Assembly (NCBI GenBank): GCA_951406725.2
Contig: OX597815.1
Coordinates: forward strand, 4,216,001 to 4,280,000
DNA length: 64,000 nt
Origin: Octopus vulgaris
Lineage: Eukaryota
Direction: 5' to 3'
The position numbers and the translations under genes are program-made. Shown here in pieces: positions 12,296 through 25,989 of this stretch. A model generated the notes under the pieces. The model did no database searches. It worked only from the letters and a program-made list of their open reading frames with translations, and had not been told where the DNA came from. Numbering within the stretch: the stretch's first letter is position 1; each line of letters begins with the position of its first letter.

Positions 12296-12389
12296 ATATC
12301 TACCTCTCTCTCTATATATCTATCTATTTACGTCTCTCTCTCTCTATCTATCTATCTACCTCTCTCTCTATATATCTATCTATTTACGT

Positions 12390-12423
<34 letters not shown>

Positions 12424-12492
12424 CTACATCTCTCTCTCTGTATCTATCTATCTGTCTTTCTCTCTCTCTATCTATTTACGTTTCTCTATCTC

Positions 12493-12558
<66 letters not shown>

Positions 12559-12600
12559 CATCTATTATATCTATCTTTCTATATATATACAAATCTATAT
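12225..12600. repeat. (TCTA)n/(TC)n compound microsatellite
   Basis: Directly visible. Confidence 0.95.
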
Positions 12601-12808
12601 TAATGTTTCTTTATGTTCAGTTACAATAAAAAGTAGTTGTACATTAACCCTACACTTTTTTGTAGAGTACAAATTTATTCTTCTACAAGACCATTGTCTG
12701 TGACTTCGAAGTTTCGACCACCCAAGCCATACAGAGGGCAGTCCGGCAATGGGCTGGCCGGCCGAATCTTCAAAGTCCATGTGATTAATATGTATGTATG
12801 TATGTATG

Positions 12809-12854
<46 letters not shown>

Positions 12855-13459
12855 TATATACATAAAATCTCTCATCTCCCCGCCCCCGTTGCACCGTTGC
12901 TTTTTAATCTCTCCATCTTACAAATTGCTACAACAATTACCACGATGGCCACCACCATCGCAGTTGTTTATCCCCCATTCATACCATACCATACCACTGA
13001 AACCACTGCAGCCGCTACAACTAACCACCACCACTTCCACCACCACCACCACCGCCGCTATTACCCTCCTCACCACCACCACTCTCACCACCACCCTCAC
13101 TACTACTACAAACCAACACAACTACACAATTGTCAACAATTCCCTCCACCCCCACTCCCCATCTACTACGGTAAGTAAACCACCACCACCGCCACCACCA
13201 CCACAGCACCACCCCCACAGCGCCGCCACCGCCTCCACCACTTCCATACCTTCCCTCTCTCTCTCTCTGTCTCCCCCATTCCTCCCTCTCATTATTTTAA
13301 TAAACCAAAAACCCTGTCACCCTTCATTAAGCCTTCACCATCGTCATCCAAAGCGCTAATGTTATTGCCATCATCACAACCATCATCATCACCATCATCA
13401 TCAGCAGCAGCGCTGTCTCCGCCACCACCATCGCCTTGCACCATTTACAGTAAAAACAC

Positions 13460-13651
13460 ACGTATATAGAGACACACTCGCACATACACACACATATATA
13501 CATATATACATATATATATATATATACACACTCCCACTTTCCCATTCATATACATATATATATATACAAATACACACACATATATATATAAATATACACA
13601 CATATATATATACATATAAATACACACACACACATATATATACATATAAAT

Positions 13652-13694
<43 letters not shown>

Positions 13695-13907
13695 CACACA
13701 CATATATATATATATACATATAAATACACATATACATATATATATATACATATAGAAATACACACACACGCACATACATATATATATATATATATATATA
13801 AATATACACACACATATATATATATACACACACATATATATATATACATATATAAATATACACACACACATATATATATACATATATAAATATACACACA
13901 CACACAT
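13460..13907. repeat. (TA)n/(CA)n compound microsatellite
   Basis: Directly visible. Confidence 0.95.
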
Positions 13908-14139
13908 GACCAGCCACTATTAACAACACGTTACCGCTACCACCACCGCCACTACCACCACCACCACCACCACTGTCACTCCCTCTGTACCGCTCCCAGT
14001 ATCACCAACACCACCACCACCATCACTACTACCACTATTACACTCCTCCTTCCAATCTGCTCCCCCCCTATCACTTCACACCACCACCGCCACTATTCTA
14101 CTATAGCACCGCGCCTACCACCACCGCCGCCCACCACCG

Positions 14140-14460
14140 CCTCCACCTCCGTCGCCGTCGCGGCGCTGTTCCGCAACAGCAGTAATAACAATAACAAAGT
14201 ACAACAGCAGCAGCAGCACTGATAGTAGTTGGAGGAAGGGGAGGAAGAGGTGTGGTTAGAGAACGAGAAAGGAAGAGAGCGAAAGTGAGAGTGGGGGAAG
14301 GGAAAGAGAGGGTTTGCCTCAGTTGAAAAAGACCGCCACTTGCGTTAGACACACACAGCAGAGGAAAGTGAGTGCTTTGTCGGGCACCGTCTCTTTTAAG
14401 GACCAAGTGGCGGAGCCGACAGCCGCGACACCAGCCCTCCCGACCCCCTACCACCACACT
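14140..14460 (+). promoter_or_regulatory. Candidate promoter / non-coding first exon
   Basis: Locally CpG-rich unique sequence with a GA-rich tract. Initiator-like TCAGTT at 14319 and donor-like aaa|GTGAGT at 14368. Confidence 0.35.
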
Positions 14461-15436
14461 GCACCCACACGTTCATAATAGTGTTCTACTAGCACCGATT
14501 CTGCTGTTGGCCCCTTACCACTCTACTGTGTCAGATACTACTACTACAAAACTACTACAAAACTCGGCTCTGGGGTTCATTTATATATATCTGCTCTTAA
14601 AACTAAGGACCTCACTTTTTTGTATCACCCACAAAGACACATCGCACAACAAACAACACTACAGAACCCAGCAATCAGCATCACCATCCTAATCACCCTA
14701 ATTGCTTCTTTAACCCTCTTCCCCCTTACCTCGTACCCTCGCCACCAGCCTCACACACCCTTCTCTTTCTATTCCTCTTTCTCTCGTCTTCTTTTTTCTT
14801 ACCGTCTCCTACACACACACACACGCGCAACTCTTGTATCTATCGCAGAAATCAATCAATCGATTAATCTATCTTTCTCTCTTTACTTCATTCACCCTCT
14901 TTCTCACTTATCTTTCTTTTCATCTCTATCTAGTTCTCTCTCTCTCTACCGTTCAAACTATCTGCCTCTCTTTCTATCTATAAGTTTGTTTATCTCTCTC
15001 TCTCTCTCTCCTTCTATTTGTCTATCTATTTGCCTTTATTTTTTTCTGTCTACATCTATCTATCCATCTTTCTCTAGCTCTCTCTCTTTCTCCTCTCTCT
15101 CAATCTTTCTCTTTCTCTCACTCTCTCTCTCCCTCTCTCAATCTCACTCAATCTTTCTATCTATAGAAAGAAAGAAGATAAAAGCCAACCTCCGCTACAG
15201 CTGGTTTAATTTCACTCTCATCCTCTCTTATTTTCCTCCCCCATCTCCCTTTCATTTTCCTTAATAGTTCTTACACTTTCTCCCCCCACTCCCTCCCTCG
15301 CTCTTTCTCCTTTACTCCTACCACCACCACAACACCCCCTCTTTTCTCTCTCACCCTCTCTCTCTCCACACACACACTCACACACACACTCGGCGCCCTG
15401 ACACCAAACTCTCAAAGACATTTTTGTTTTTCCATT

Positions 15437-15508
15437 ATGACCATAACTTCGTTTACCATGGATTTTCACCAAGAGAACAAAAAACACAGACGGATGGTTT
15501 TCCACAAA
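15437..15508 (+). CDS. Candidate first coding exon of an unidentified gene (MTITSFTMDFHQENKKHRRMVFHK)
   Basis: Non-repetitive ORF with ACCATGG at the second Met (15458). Ends in a strong phase-0 donor AAA|GTAAGC followed by AT-rich intron-like DNA. Confidence 0.5.
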
Positions 15509-15884
15509 GTAAGCCACTTAACTTATTTATTTCCATATTTTTCCATTTCAGGTTTGAACCCACGGACTCTTAACTTCCAACAAAGACCAAAATATTATTT
15601 TTATTTATTTTATTTTGCAATTAAAAAATAACGATTATTAATTAAGGTGTTAATAAGGTGGCAGAACTTGGGAATTTATTTTTGGTTTTATTCAATTTAT
15701 ATCCAGGTTAAAATGATATAAGTGTTTAATTATAACATATTATTAATTCAGTTAATTGGAAAATATTTATCATTTTAATTTTTTAATCGTTGAAGAAACG
15801 TGCTTTCTGGAATTGAAATTAAAAAAAATTAAAGACTATTTTCTGGGGGGATAAACTTTTGCTTGGCTAATTAAAAGTTTGTGC

Positions 15885-15971
15885 TTGTGTGTGTGTGTAT
15901 ATATACACATATATATACAAACACACACACACATGTATATATATATATATATATATACAAACACACACATG

Positions 15972-16007
<36 letters not shown>

Positions 16008-16138
16008 TATACAAACACACACATGTATATATATATATATATATACATATATGTACAAACACACACACATGTATATATATATATATATACAAACACGCAC
16101 ATATATATACACATATATATATACAAACACACGCATGC

Positions 16139-16185
<47 letters not shown>

Positions 16186-17352
16186 TATATATACAAACAC
16201 ACGCATGCATGTATATATATGTATATACATACATATACACACATATATATATACACACGTGATACTGCGAAATGTTTTTACGACGCGACCGAAAGACAGA
16301 GAATAATTTTTCCGTATAGAAATCGGTAAATAGTGAAAATGATATTAAACAAAATATGGAAATAATAATGTTTTCATTTAAAAACTTGGATTCTGCTGGT
16401 GTGTGCGTGTGTGCAGGAAAATGTTGCCTCTGGGTTTTGTGAACTTGTATAGTGCATGTGTGTGCACAGATGCATATAAACATACACAACACACACATAT
16501 ATATATGTATACATATATGTAGATATATATTTACAATTATATGCATACATACACATACGTATGTACATCACACATGCATAGTATATACACATACATTCAT
16601 ACATATGCACAGCCACATATACCTAATTACACACGTATGTATATATGTGTGTATATGTATGTATATATATATGTGTGTATATATATGTGTGTGAATATGA
16701 GTTGCATATGTATATGTGAATGCATGTGTGCATATGTATGTATATATGTGTATGTTTGTGTATATGTATATATGTGTATGTATATATGTTTGTGTGTATG
16801 TATATATGTGTATGTATATATGTGTGTATATATGTAGGTATATATATGTATGGATGTGTATATAAATGTATGTATATATATGTGTATGTATGTATATATA
16901 TATGTGTGTGTATATGTGTATGTATATATATATGTGTGTGTATATGTGTATGTATGTGTGTATATGTGTATGTATGTATATATATGTGTATATGTATGTA
17001 TATATATGTGTGTGTGTATGTGTATATATGTGTGTGTGTATGTGTATATATATGTGTGTGTATGTGTATATATATGTGTGTGTATGTGTATATATATGTG
17101 TGTGTGTATGTGTATATATATGTGTGTGTATGTGTATATATATGTGTGTGTATGTGTATATATATGTGTGTGTATGTGTATATATATATGTGTGTGTATG
17201 TGTATATATATATATGTGTGTGTGTGTATATGTGTATATATGTGTGTGTGTGTATATGTGTATAGATGTGTATGTGTATATATGTGTGTATATGTATATA
17301 TATATGTGTGTGTGTGTGTATATATATATATATGTGTGTGTATGTATATGTG
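15885..17352. repeat. Large (TA)/(CA)/(TG) compound microsatellite field
   Basis: Directly visible, with a short unique interruption at ~16260-16450. Confidence 0.95.
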
Positions 17353-17579
17353 AAGTCTTCGGTTCTCCTCGGTATACTCAACCACCAATCCGGTCTCGTT
17401 TCCCTCAAATACTGATCTCCTTATAACACTTGGCTGTTGTGATATCCATCCCTTAGGAAAGCCATACAGGCCACTGATTCCTCTTTAATAATAATCATAA
17501 TAATACTATACCTGATAACGCTTGTATTATGATGTTGAGAGGAAACAGCAAATGGAATACCTCGATAGCACACACACAC

Positions 17580-17950
17580 GTCTTTGATCTGTGGCCATGC
17601 TGGGGCACTGCTTTGAAGAATTTTTAGTCAAATGAATCGATCCTAGTATATATATATATTTATTATTTGTAAAGCCTGGTATTATTCTATCGGTTTCGTT
17701 TTGCCGAACCGCTAAGTTACAGGGACGTAAACGCACCAACATCAATTGTCAAGCCGTGGTAGTGTGGGGGTGGGGGGTGGGGAGGCAATCGCACGCCCGA
17801 CTGGCTTCTTTCAGTTTCCGTCTACCAAATCCACTCACGAGGCTTTGGTCGGCCCCAGGCTATATAGTAGAAGACACTTGCCCAAGGTGCTACGTAGTGG
17901 GACTGAACCCGGAACCATGTGGTTGGTAAGCAAGCTACTTACCACACAGC
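17580..17950 (-). mobile_element. SINE family A
   Basis: Head and tail motifs match the family. Confidence 0.85.
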
Positions 17951-18347
17951 TATACTTACCACACAGCCGACGTCTCCAACAATAATTCCCTAACTCTTCA
18001 TATCATTACCAATATTACTAGCATAAACAAAATTACTGCGGCTGCTGCTGCTGCTACAAGCAAGCAAACAAACGGCATCAAATATTGACAACAGCAACCG
18101 ACACCACTCCCAACACCACCACCACCACTAAATGTCAGAGCACTGGAACCTCTGCTAGAAATAACAGCTAAAATCTCCCTCGAACCACACCTTTCGTCCT
18201 GGAAGAGCACATTGGATAATGTAGTCCCCGCTGGACTGTTACTAAAAAGGCTAAGATAGTCGGGGTTGGTCAGCTCGATCGAGTCCGACCTGGCTTATAC
18301 TATAGCGTTCCAACCGTGACCATCCTGTCTCGTTTTTCCAGATGCGA

Positions 18348-18462
18348 TTGTATCTAGGAGTACATTATTGAATGTCATTCAGGCACAGTGTATCTAGGAC
18401 TACATAATCGAATGTGTCTTTCTGGCACAGTGTATCTAGGACTACATTATTGAATGTGTCCC
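18348..18462. repeat. Three-copy ~40-43 bp minisatellite
   Basis: gtatctaggactacattattgaatgt...ggcacagt repeated. Confidence 0.8.
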
Positions 18463-18974
18463 CTTTTTTTTAAAGTCACCAGTGTGTGTGTATGTTGACA
18501 AAAGATATGTTAAGCCTGAACAAAACAAAACCAGATGGAATGGTCACATCTGGAATCCTATGCTCCTCTCTACTGTTATAATCCCGTTCATATCTAGGTA
18601 GCTGTATTGTAGGAATGATGTATCAAGCCCTGAATAATAACTGGTACTGTATTTAACAACAGCAAAATGCTGAAAGGAAGAAGCTTTACCTTGCCAGGAT
18701 TTGAACTCAGAACGGAAAAAGACTAACCACCACCATCACCGTTATTGATTCTCCCTGGGTTTCCTACCACTGCCCCCTCAACTACTACAACCAACACTAC
18801 TCCCTCTTTCACTACTACTACCACCACAGCCACTGCTACTCATACCACGACTGCTACTACTACTACTACTACTATCACCACCACCACCAATATTGTCTCC
18901 ACAGCCGATACCACTTCTACTTCTACCACAACTATAGCCAAGACTATTACCCATACCAACACCACCATCAACCA

Positions 18975-19780
18975 CTGCGTTCTGCTTAGTAGCAGTTCAT
19001 TTGGCTCTCTACATTCTGAGTTCAAATTCTGTTGAGGTAGACTTTGCCTTTCGCCCTTTCGGGGTTGATAAAATAATTACTAGTTGTGTACTGGGGTCGA
19101 TGTAATCGTCTTAATCCCTACCCCCAAATTTCAGGCCTTATACCTATAGTAAAGAGGATCATTATTATTATTATTATTATTATTATCAGGACGGTGACCT
19201 GACAGAATTGTTAGCATACAGGGCAAAATGCTTAGCAGTATTTTATTTGCCACAATGTTCTGAGTTCAAATTCCACCGAGGTCGACTTTACCTTTCATCC
19301 TTTTGGGGTCGATTAAATAAGTACCAGTTACGCACTGGGGTCGATATAATCGACTTAATCCATGTGTCTGTCCTTGTTTATCCTCTCTGTGTTTAGCCCC
19401 TTGTGGGCAGTAAAGAAATAGGTATTTCGTCTGCCACTACCTTCTGAGTTCAAATTCTGCCGGAGTCAACTTTGCCTTTCATCCTTGGAGGGTTGATAAA
19501 TTAAGTACCAGTTGCATACTGGTGTCAATCTAATTGGTTGACCCCCCTCCCTCCAAATTTCAGGCCTTGTGCCTATAGTAGAAAGGATTATTATTATTCA
19601 GATGGGGAGCTAGCGGAATCATTAGCACATCGGACAAAATGTGTCTTGGCATGTCTTATGACTCTTTACATTGTGAGTTCAATTCCACTGTGGTCAACCT
19701 TGTTGGGTCAATAAAATAAAATACCAGTCCGGTACTAGGGTCGATGTAACCAAATAACCCCCTACACCAAAATTTTAGGC
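18975..19780 (+). mobile_element. Cluster of tandem SINE family B copies
   Basis: Four successive gttcaaattc...ttgcctttcatcc...taccag units separated by (TTA)n tails. Confidence 0.85.
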
Positions 19781-19781
19781 C

Positions 19782-20035
19782 TTGTGTCGGTGGCACAAAA
19801 AAACACCATCCAAGCGTGGCCGTTCGCCAGCCTCGTCTAACACCTGTGTCGGTGGCACATAAAAAGCACCCACTACACTCATGGAGTGATTGGCGTTAGG
19901 AAGGGCATCCAGCTGTAGAAACACTGCCAGATCTGACTGGCCTGGTGCAGCCTTCGGGCTTCCCAGACCCCAGTTGAACCGTCCAACCCATGCCAGCATG
20001 GAAAGCAGACGTTAAACAATGATGATGATGATGTT
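19782..20035 (+). mobile_element. SINE-like family D with (ATG)n tail
   Basis: ggcgttaggaagggcatccagctgtagaaa...gcatggaaagc.gacgttaaac.atgatg. Related copies at 20525-20846, 24016-24330, 24830-25020, 25990-26345, 28982-29135 and 63350-63512. Confidence 0.8.
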
Positions 20036-20264
20036 GTTAAGGCTGCGTTCTGGCAGAATCGTTTGAACGCTGGGCGAAATGCTTTGAGGTATTTTGTCTG
20101 TCTTTACGTTCTGAGTCCAAATTCTGCTGAGGTCAACTTTGCTTTTCATCCTTTCAGGGTTAATAAATTAAGTACCAGTTGCATACTGGGGATGATCTAA
20201 TTGACTTGGCACCCTCCCCCAAAAATTTCAGGCCTTGTGCCTAGCGTAGAAAAGATTTTTGTTG

Positions 20265-21110
20265 TGTGAGAGAGCAAAGCATATCGTAAAGTGATGCTGG
20301 TATGGAAATATATGAAGCCCAGTATACCCATCATGTCATCTGTCCGATAAGGCTCCACCAGGCACATGCATCACAACTATATGGTGGCCTCATATCAAGA
20401 TAAACAGCACATGACCTTGCAGGTGGGGCCCAGTTACGTTACTCAACTTGAAGAAAATTCTATCTTACTCAAAAGATTCCTGAATAAGGATTTTTAAGGG
20501 TGATGAATGGAACATCCATGTTTCATCATCATCAGACGTTTTCCATGCTGGTATGGGTTGGATGGTTCAACTGGGGTTTGGGAAGCCAGGAGGCTGCATC
20601 AGGCCCCAATCTGATCTGGCAGAGTTTCTACAGCTGGATGCCTTTTCTAATGCCAACCACTCCAAGAGTGTAGTGGGTGCTTTTTACATGCCACTGGCAC
20701 AGGGGCCAGAGGGGCTGGCATTGACCATGAATGGATGGTGCTTTTTATGTGCCACCAGCACGGAAGCCAGTCAAAGCGGCACTGGCATCGACCGCGTTTG
20801 GATGGTGCCTTTTATGTGCAACCGGCACAGGGCTCACAACTACAATTCTAGAGGTGAATTATTCAAACCCTAAAGAATTCCTTTGAACACTTGACTGTGA
20901 TGCTCCCCAATTACATCTGCTCATGATCAGAGATGCACATATCGTCAGCCACTAAGGGACATGCTCAACTGGTTACGGACAAACAACTGACAAGCAGATC
21001 TGTGGTATTGAGCAGATCTTTTATACCAAAACAAAATGTGTATATGATAACACTTCCAATCAGTTAAGATCAGAAGCTATGGGAGCTTGGTATTGCATCA
21101 ATACCAGGCA
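20265..21110 (-). mobile_element. Family E element interrupted by a family D SINE
   Basis: Reverse complement of 27873-28425 and 40967-41500, with an insertion at ~20525-20846. Confidence 0.75.
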
Positions 21111-21142
21111 GTGACAATAATAATAATAATAATGAGTTTATT

Positions 21143-21559
21143 ATTTACATTTGATGGATATTTGTCCTCATCTTGTTTGTTGTCAACACAACGTTTCGGC
21201 TGATATACCCTCCAGCCTTCATCAAGTGTTTTGGGGAAATTTCAAACCTGGGTTCTCATTTCTAAAGTATTTTTTGATATTATTATTATTATTCAGGACA
21301 CTGCCTGGAATCGCAGGTTAAGAGTGCGGACTACTAAACCCAAGATTCCAAGTTCAATTCTAGGCAGCAACCTGAGTAATAATAATATTGAAAAATACCT
21401 TATGAATGAGAACCCAGGTTCAAAATTTCCCCAAGACACCTGATGAAGGCTGGAGGGTATATCAGCCGAAATGTTGTGTTAACAACAAACAAGATGAGGA
21501 CAAATATCCGTCAAATGTAAATAATGTACATAATTCCTCATCTCTTAAATATAGAACTG
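21143..21559 (+). mobile_element. tRNA-headed, hammerhead-bearing foldback retroelement (Penelope-like architecture)
   Basis: Inverted arms with a 13-bp TSD taatgagtttatt. tRNA-like centre. The right arm is 35 nt longer than the left. Confidence 0.75.
21435..21480 (+). ncRNA. Minimal type I hammerhead ribozyme motif
   Basis: gacac-CTGATGA-a-ggctg..cagcc-GAAA-tg-TT-gtgtt. The inverted copy at 21185-21230 retains palindromic GAAAcgTT. Confidence 0.6.
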
Positions 21560-21849
21560 TAATGAGTTTATTGTATACAGTGCTCAGGTGTGCTACAACT
21601 CGTCAAAGAAAAGGTGATACTTATAAAGCTTCTCAAGTGATCACTCATTTAATTTCTAACGAGGTTGAATATTGTTTGATTTCGGTGTTGAGACAAGGAT
21701 GGATGCATTCAAAGTGAGAATGGGTTAAGAGATTGGAGAGAGAAAGCACTTTTAACAGTTTCCATTCATTGTAAATAACATTTTCAAATATTCACAATTA
21801 TTTTTTAAAAAAATGAAGTATTAAATGGAATCAATTAAACCTAACATAT

Positions 21850-22200
21850 AGGTGCAGACATGACTGTGTGGTAAGAAGCTTGTTTCCTAACCACATGGTT
21901 CCAGGTTCAGTCCCACTGCGTGGCACCTTGGCCAAGTGTCTTCTACTATAGCCTTGGGCTGACCAAAGCCTTGTGAATGGATTTGGTAGATGGAAACTGA
22001 AAGAAGCCTGTCGTATATATATATATATATATATATGTGCAGGAGTGGTTGTGTGATAAGTAGCTTGCTTACCAACCACATGGTTCCAGGTTCAGTCCCA
22101 CTGCATGGCACCTTGGGCAAGTGTCTTCTACTATAGCCTCGGGCTGACCAAAGACCTATGAGTGGATTTGGTAGATGGAAACTGAAAGAAGCCTGTCATA
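21850..22200 (+). mobile_element. Two tandem SINE family A 5' halves
   Basis: Head repeated, separated by (TA)n. Confidence 0.85.
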
Positions 22201-22824
22201 TACATGTATGTATGTGTGTATGCTTGCATGTATGTATGTGTATATACATACATGTATATATACATGTATGTATGTGTGTCTTTGTGTATGGGTATGTCCC
22301 CCACTACTGATTGGCAGCTGGTGTTGGTTTGTTTACTTCTCCATCACCTAGCAGTTCAGCAAAAGAAATCAATAAAATAAGTACTAGGCCACCATCTAAT
22401 GACTGAAACAAGTAAAAAAATAGGATATTAAACCATTTTGAAAGGATTTTTTTTCCTGGTGAGGGCAGAAGTGTGGGTGTGTGGTTAAAGCAGTTTGTTT
22501 CACGACCTTGTGGTTTCAGGTTCAGTCCCCTGTAGAAGACACTTGTCAGTGGATTTGGTTGATGGAAACTGTGCAGAAGCTTGTTGTGTGTTTTTATTTG
22601 TCTCTCCCAGATTATAAACTGGTGTTGGTTTATTTCTGTTGTTTTGTTTTGGCAAAAAAAGGCAGACTGAATTGATAGCAGACTCAAGGGGGTTAGTAAA
22701 TCAAGATGGCTCCTTTACTTATGTACAGGGGCCAACTTGATTGACAAAACCCTACACGGTGATGCTCCAGCATGACTGAAGTGAAAGGAGTGCATGTCTG
22801 TCTGTCTGTCTATATGTATATATC

Positions 22825-23312
22825 TTTTACTTGTGTCAGTCATTTGACTGCGGCTATGCTGGAGCACCGCCTTTAGTTGAACAAATCGAACCCAGAACTT
22901 ATTCTTTGCAAGCTTGGTACATATTCTATCGGTCTCTTTTGCCGAACTGCTAAGTTACGGAGACGTAAACACACCAGCATCGGTTGTCAAGCGATGGGGG
23001 TGGTAGTGAGGACAAACATATACACATACATACATACATGCTCGAAATGTTAAAGGCTTTTTCACTTCCTGAGAGTTATACTAATACACCACCTGTTTTC
23101 ATCTTGTTTGTTTTTGAAATCTCCGTCCCTATATATATATATGTATGTATATATATATGATGGGCTTCTTTCAGTTTCCTTCCACCAAATCCACTCACAA
23201 GGCTTTGGTCAGCTCGAGGCTACAGTAGAAGACACTTGCTCAAGGTGCTATAACTGAACACAACCATGTGGTTGGGAAGCAAGCTACTTACCATACAGCC
23301 ACTCCTGCACCT
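22825..23312 (-). mobile_element. SINE family A with an internal fragment of another repeat
   Basis: Tail at 22825-22990, head at 23160-23312. The 23040-23130 insert is similar to 53638-53745. Confidence 0.8.
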
Positions 23313-23490
23313 CCTATATATATCATCATCATCATCGTTTAGCGTCCGTTTTCCATGCTAGCATGGGTTGGACGGAAAACATTGGTCGGCCTGTGGCTAT
23401 AGTTGAAAATACTTGCCCAAGTGCCACGCAGTAGGACTGAACCCGGAACCAGGTGGCTGGGAAGCAAGCTTCTTACCACACAGCCACTCC

Positions 23491-23578
<88 letters not shown>

Positions 23579-23606
23579 GATACTCGTGCAGTATTTCACA
23601 GCCTCA

Positions 23607-23650
<44 letters not shown>

Positions 23651-24761
23651 TGTATGTATAAAATGTCTTCAGCATATTATGCATAAACTCATTATAAAAT
23701 CTATTGTATTAAATTTCTGAGACACATGCAATAAGCGTTGACTGCAGTTTTCCTGAACCAACTTAATGCTGCGTTGCATTGACTGAAGTCTAATGGAATG
23801 AAAATTAGTTTAAACAATTTAAGCATAGCAGTCACATCACTTTCATTTGTTCTACAGAAAGCACAGTCTTCGGAACACAAAGGCTGTTTCTTTTTTATTT
23901 TTATCTTTTAAATATTAAACCAATTCTAACCAATTCAATTATGCAATATACTTAGGTCTCTGTCAAACACTTAATTTACACACACACACACACACATGTA
24001 TATGCATATCTGTACATCATCATCATCATCATCATTGTTTAACGTCCATTTTCCATGCTGGTATGGGTTTGACGGTTCGACCGGGGCCTGGGAAGCCAGG
24101 AGGCTGCACCAGGATCCAATCTCATCCGGCAGTGTTTCTACAGCTGGATGGCCTTCCTAATGCCAACCACTCCAAGAGTGTAGCAGGTGGTTTTTATGTG
24201 CCACTGGCACAGGTGTAGTGGGTGCTTTTAGCGTGCCACCGGCACAGGAGCCAGTCAGGCGGGCCTGGCATCGATCAAGTTCGGACAGTGCTTTTTACGT
24301 GCCACTGGCACAGGAGCAAGTCAGCCGAGCGTACATATGTGTATGTGTGTGTATGTATGTTTCTGTATGTATGTGTATGTCTTTTATCTTTTTCATGTTT
24401 CAGTCATTAGACACTGGCCATGCTGGGGCAACTTTGAAGAATTTTTAGGTCGAATAAATTGACCCCAGTGCTTATTGTTATTTATTTTTAAAGCCATGTA
24501 CTCATTCTATCAGTCTCTTTTGCCAGACTGCTAAGTTACAGGGATGTAAACGTACCAAACAGACACACACACATGATGGGCTTCTTTCAGTTTCCACATC
24601 CACTGACAAAGCATTGGTGAACCTAGGGTTATAGTAGAAGGCACTTGCCCAAGGTACCATGCAATGGAACTGAACCTAGAACAGTGTGGTTGGGAAACAA
24701 ACATCTTACCACACAGCCATGCCTGCATATCTATCTATCTATCTATCTATATATATATATA

Positions 24762-24829
<68 letters not shown>

Positions 24830-25989
24830 TCATCATCGTTTAACGTCCGTTTTCCATGCTGGCATGAGTTGGACAGTTTGATCCAGCAATGTTTCTACAG
24901 CTGGATGCCCTTCCTAATGGCAACCCCTCCGAGATTGTAGTAGGTGCTTTTTACGTGCCACCGGCACGGGAACCAGTCAGGGGTCACTGGCATCGATCAT
25001 GTTCGGATGGTGCTTTTTACTTACAACCTGTTGGTATATATATACAGTTCATATGTGGAGGCATGTGGCTTAGTGGCTAGGGGTGTTGGACTCATGATCA
25101 GAAGACAGGGGTTTCAATCCTTCAACTGGGTGACGCATTGTGTTCTTGACCAAAACTACTTCTTTTTACATTGCTCCTGTCCAGTCCTGCCCAGCCCAAC
25201 TGACAAAAGTGAGTAATCCTGCAAGTGATTGGCATCCCTTCCAGGGGTGTACATATGCACCTTGGAAACTAGGAAACCAACCCGACGAGTCTAAATGACT
25301 CTGGAAGAATCTTTTTCCTTTCTTTTTTGGGGGGTGGGGGGTGGGGGCTTTGTGCCTAGAGTAGAAAAAAGAAAAAAAAAGGTGAACTTTGTCAGAATAG
25401 TGTCAGCAATTTTTTTTTATGCTTTGATGCTTTTTCGCCAGTTTTCAAAAAAATGCCGTTAGTTTAGATTTTTTCTTTTCTGGATGCAGTTATTTTGAAC
25501 ATTTATTATCTGGACCCCACCCCACCCCCCAAAAAAACTCTATGTTCATGTATTAATGTTTGTGCAATTGTACACTTATGTTGGTGACACTGCATTGTCA
25601 ATGTGTGTGTATGTGTGTATATTATGTCATTATTCAGTTTATTTCAAGATTTCTTGGTAATTAAGAAAAAAACCGGTTTCTAACCTAGATCAAAGGTTCG
25701 TTCATTGAAATTTCGACATCAACAACAGGGTATTTTTGTTTGTGTGTGTGTGTGTGCATGTATGCATATGTGCAGATTTGTATGCTTTGCTTTATGTATG
25801 CATTCTCATGCATATAGTTGCATATCTAGACTATGCTCATATATATACTTAAATGATAAACTTCTGGGAAGTTTTTATGTATGTGTGTATGCATGTGCAT
25901 TTGTTGGTAATAATGGACAAAATGCTGCCAGGAATTTTGTCCGGTGTACTAACGATTCTACCAACTCACCACATTAATAATGATGATAA

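Noticed and set aside
11854-17426. Long ORFs rich in Y/I/C/V/H/T or L/S/I/Y
   Set aside because: Translations of stop-free dinucleotide and tetranucleotide microsatellites; the same applies at 44.4-45.0, 55.5-55.9 and 61.3-62.7 kb.
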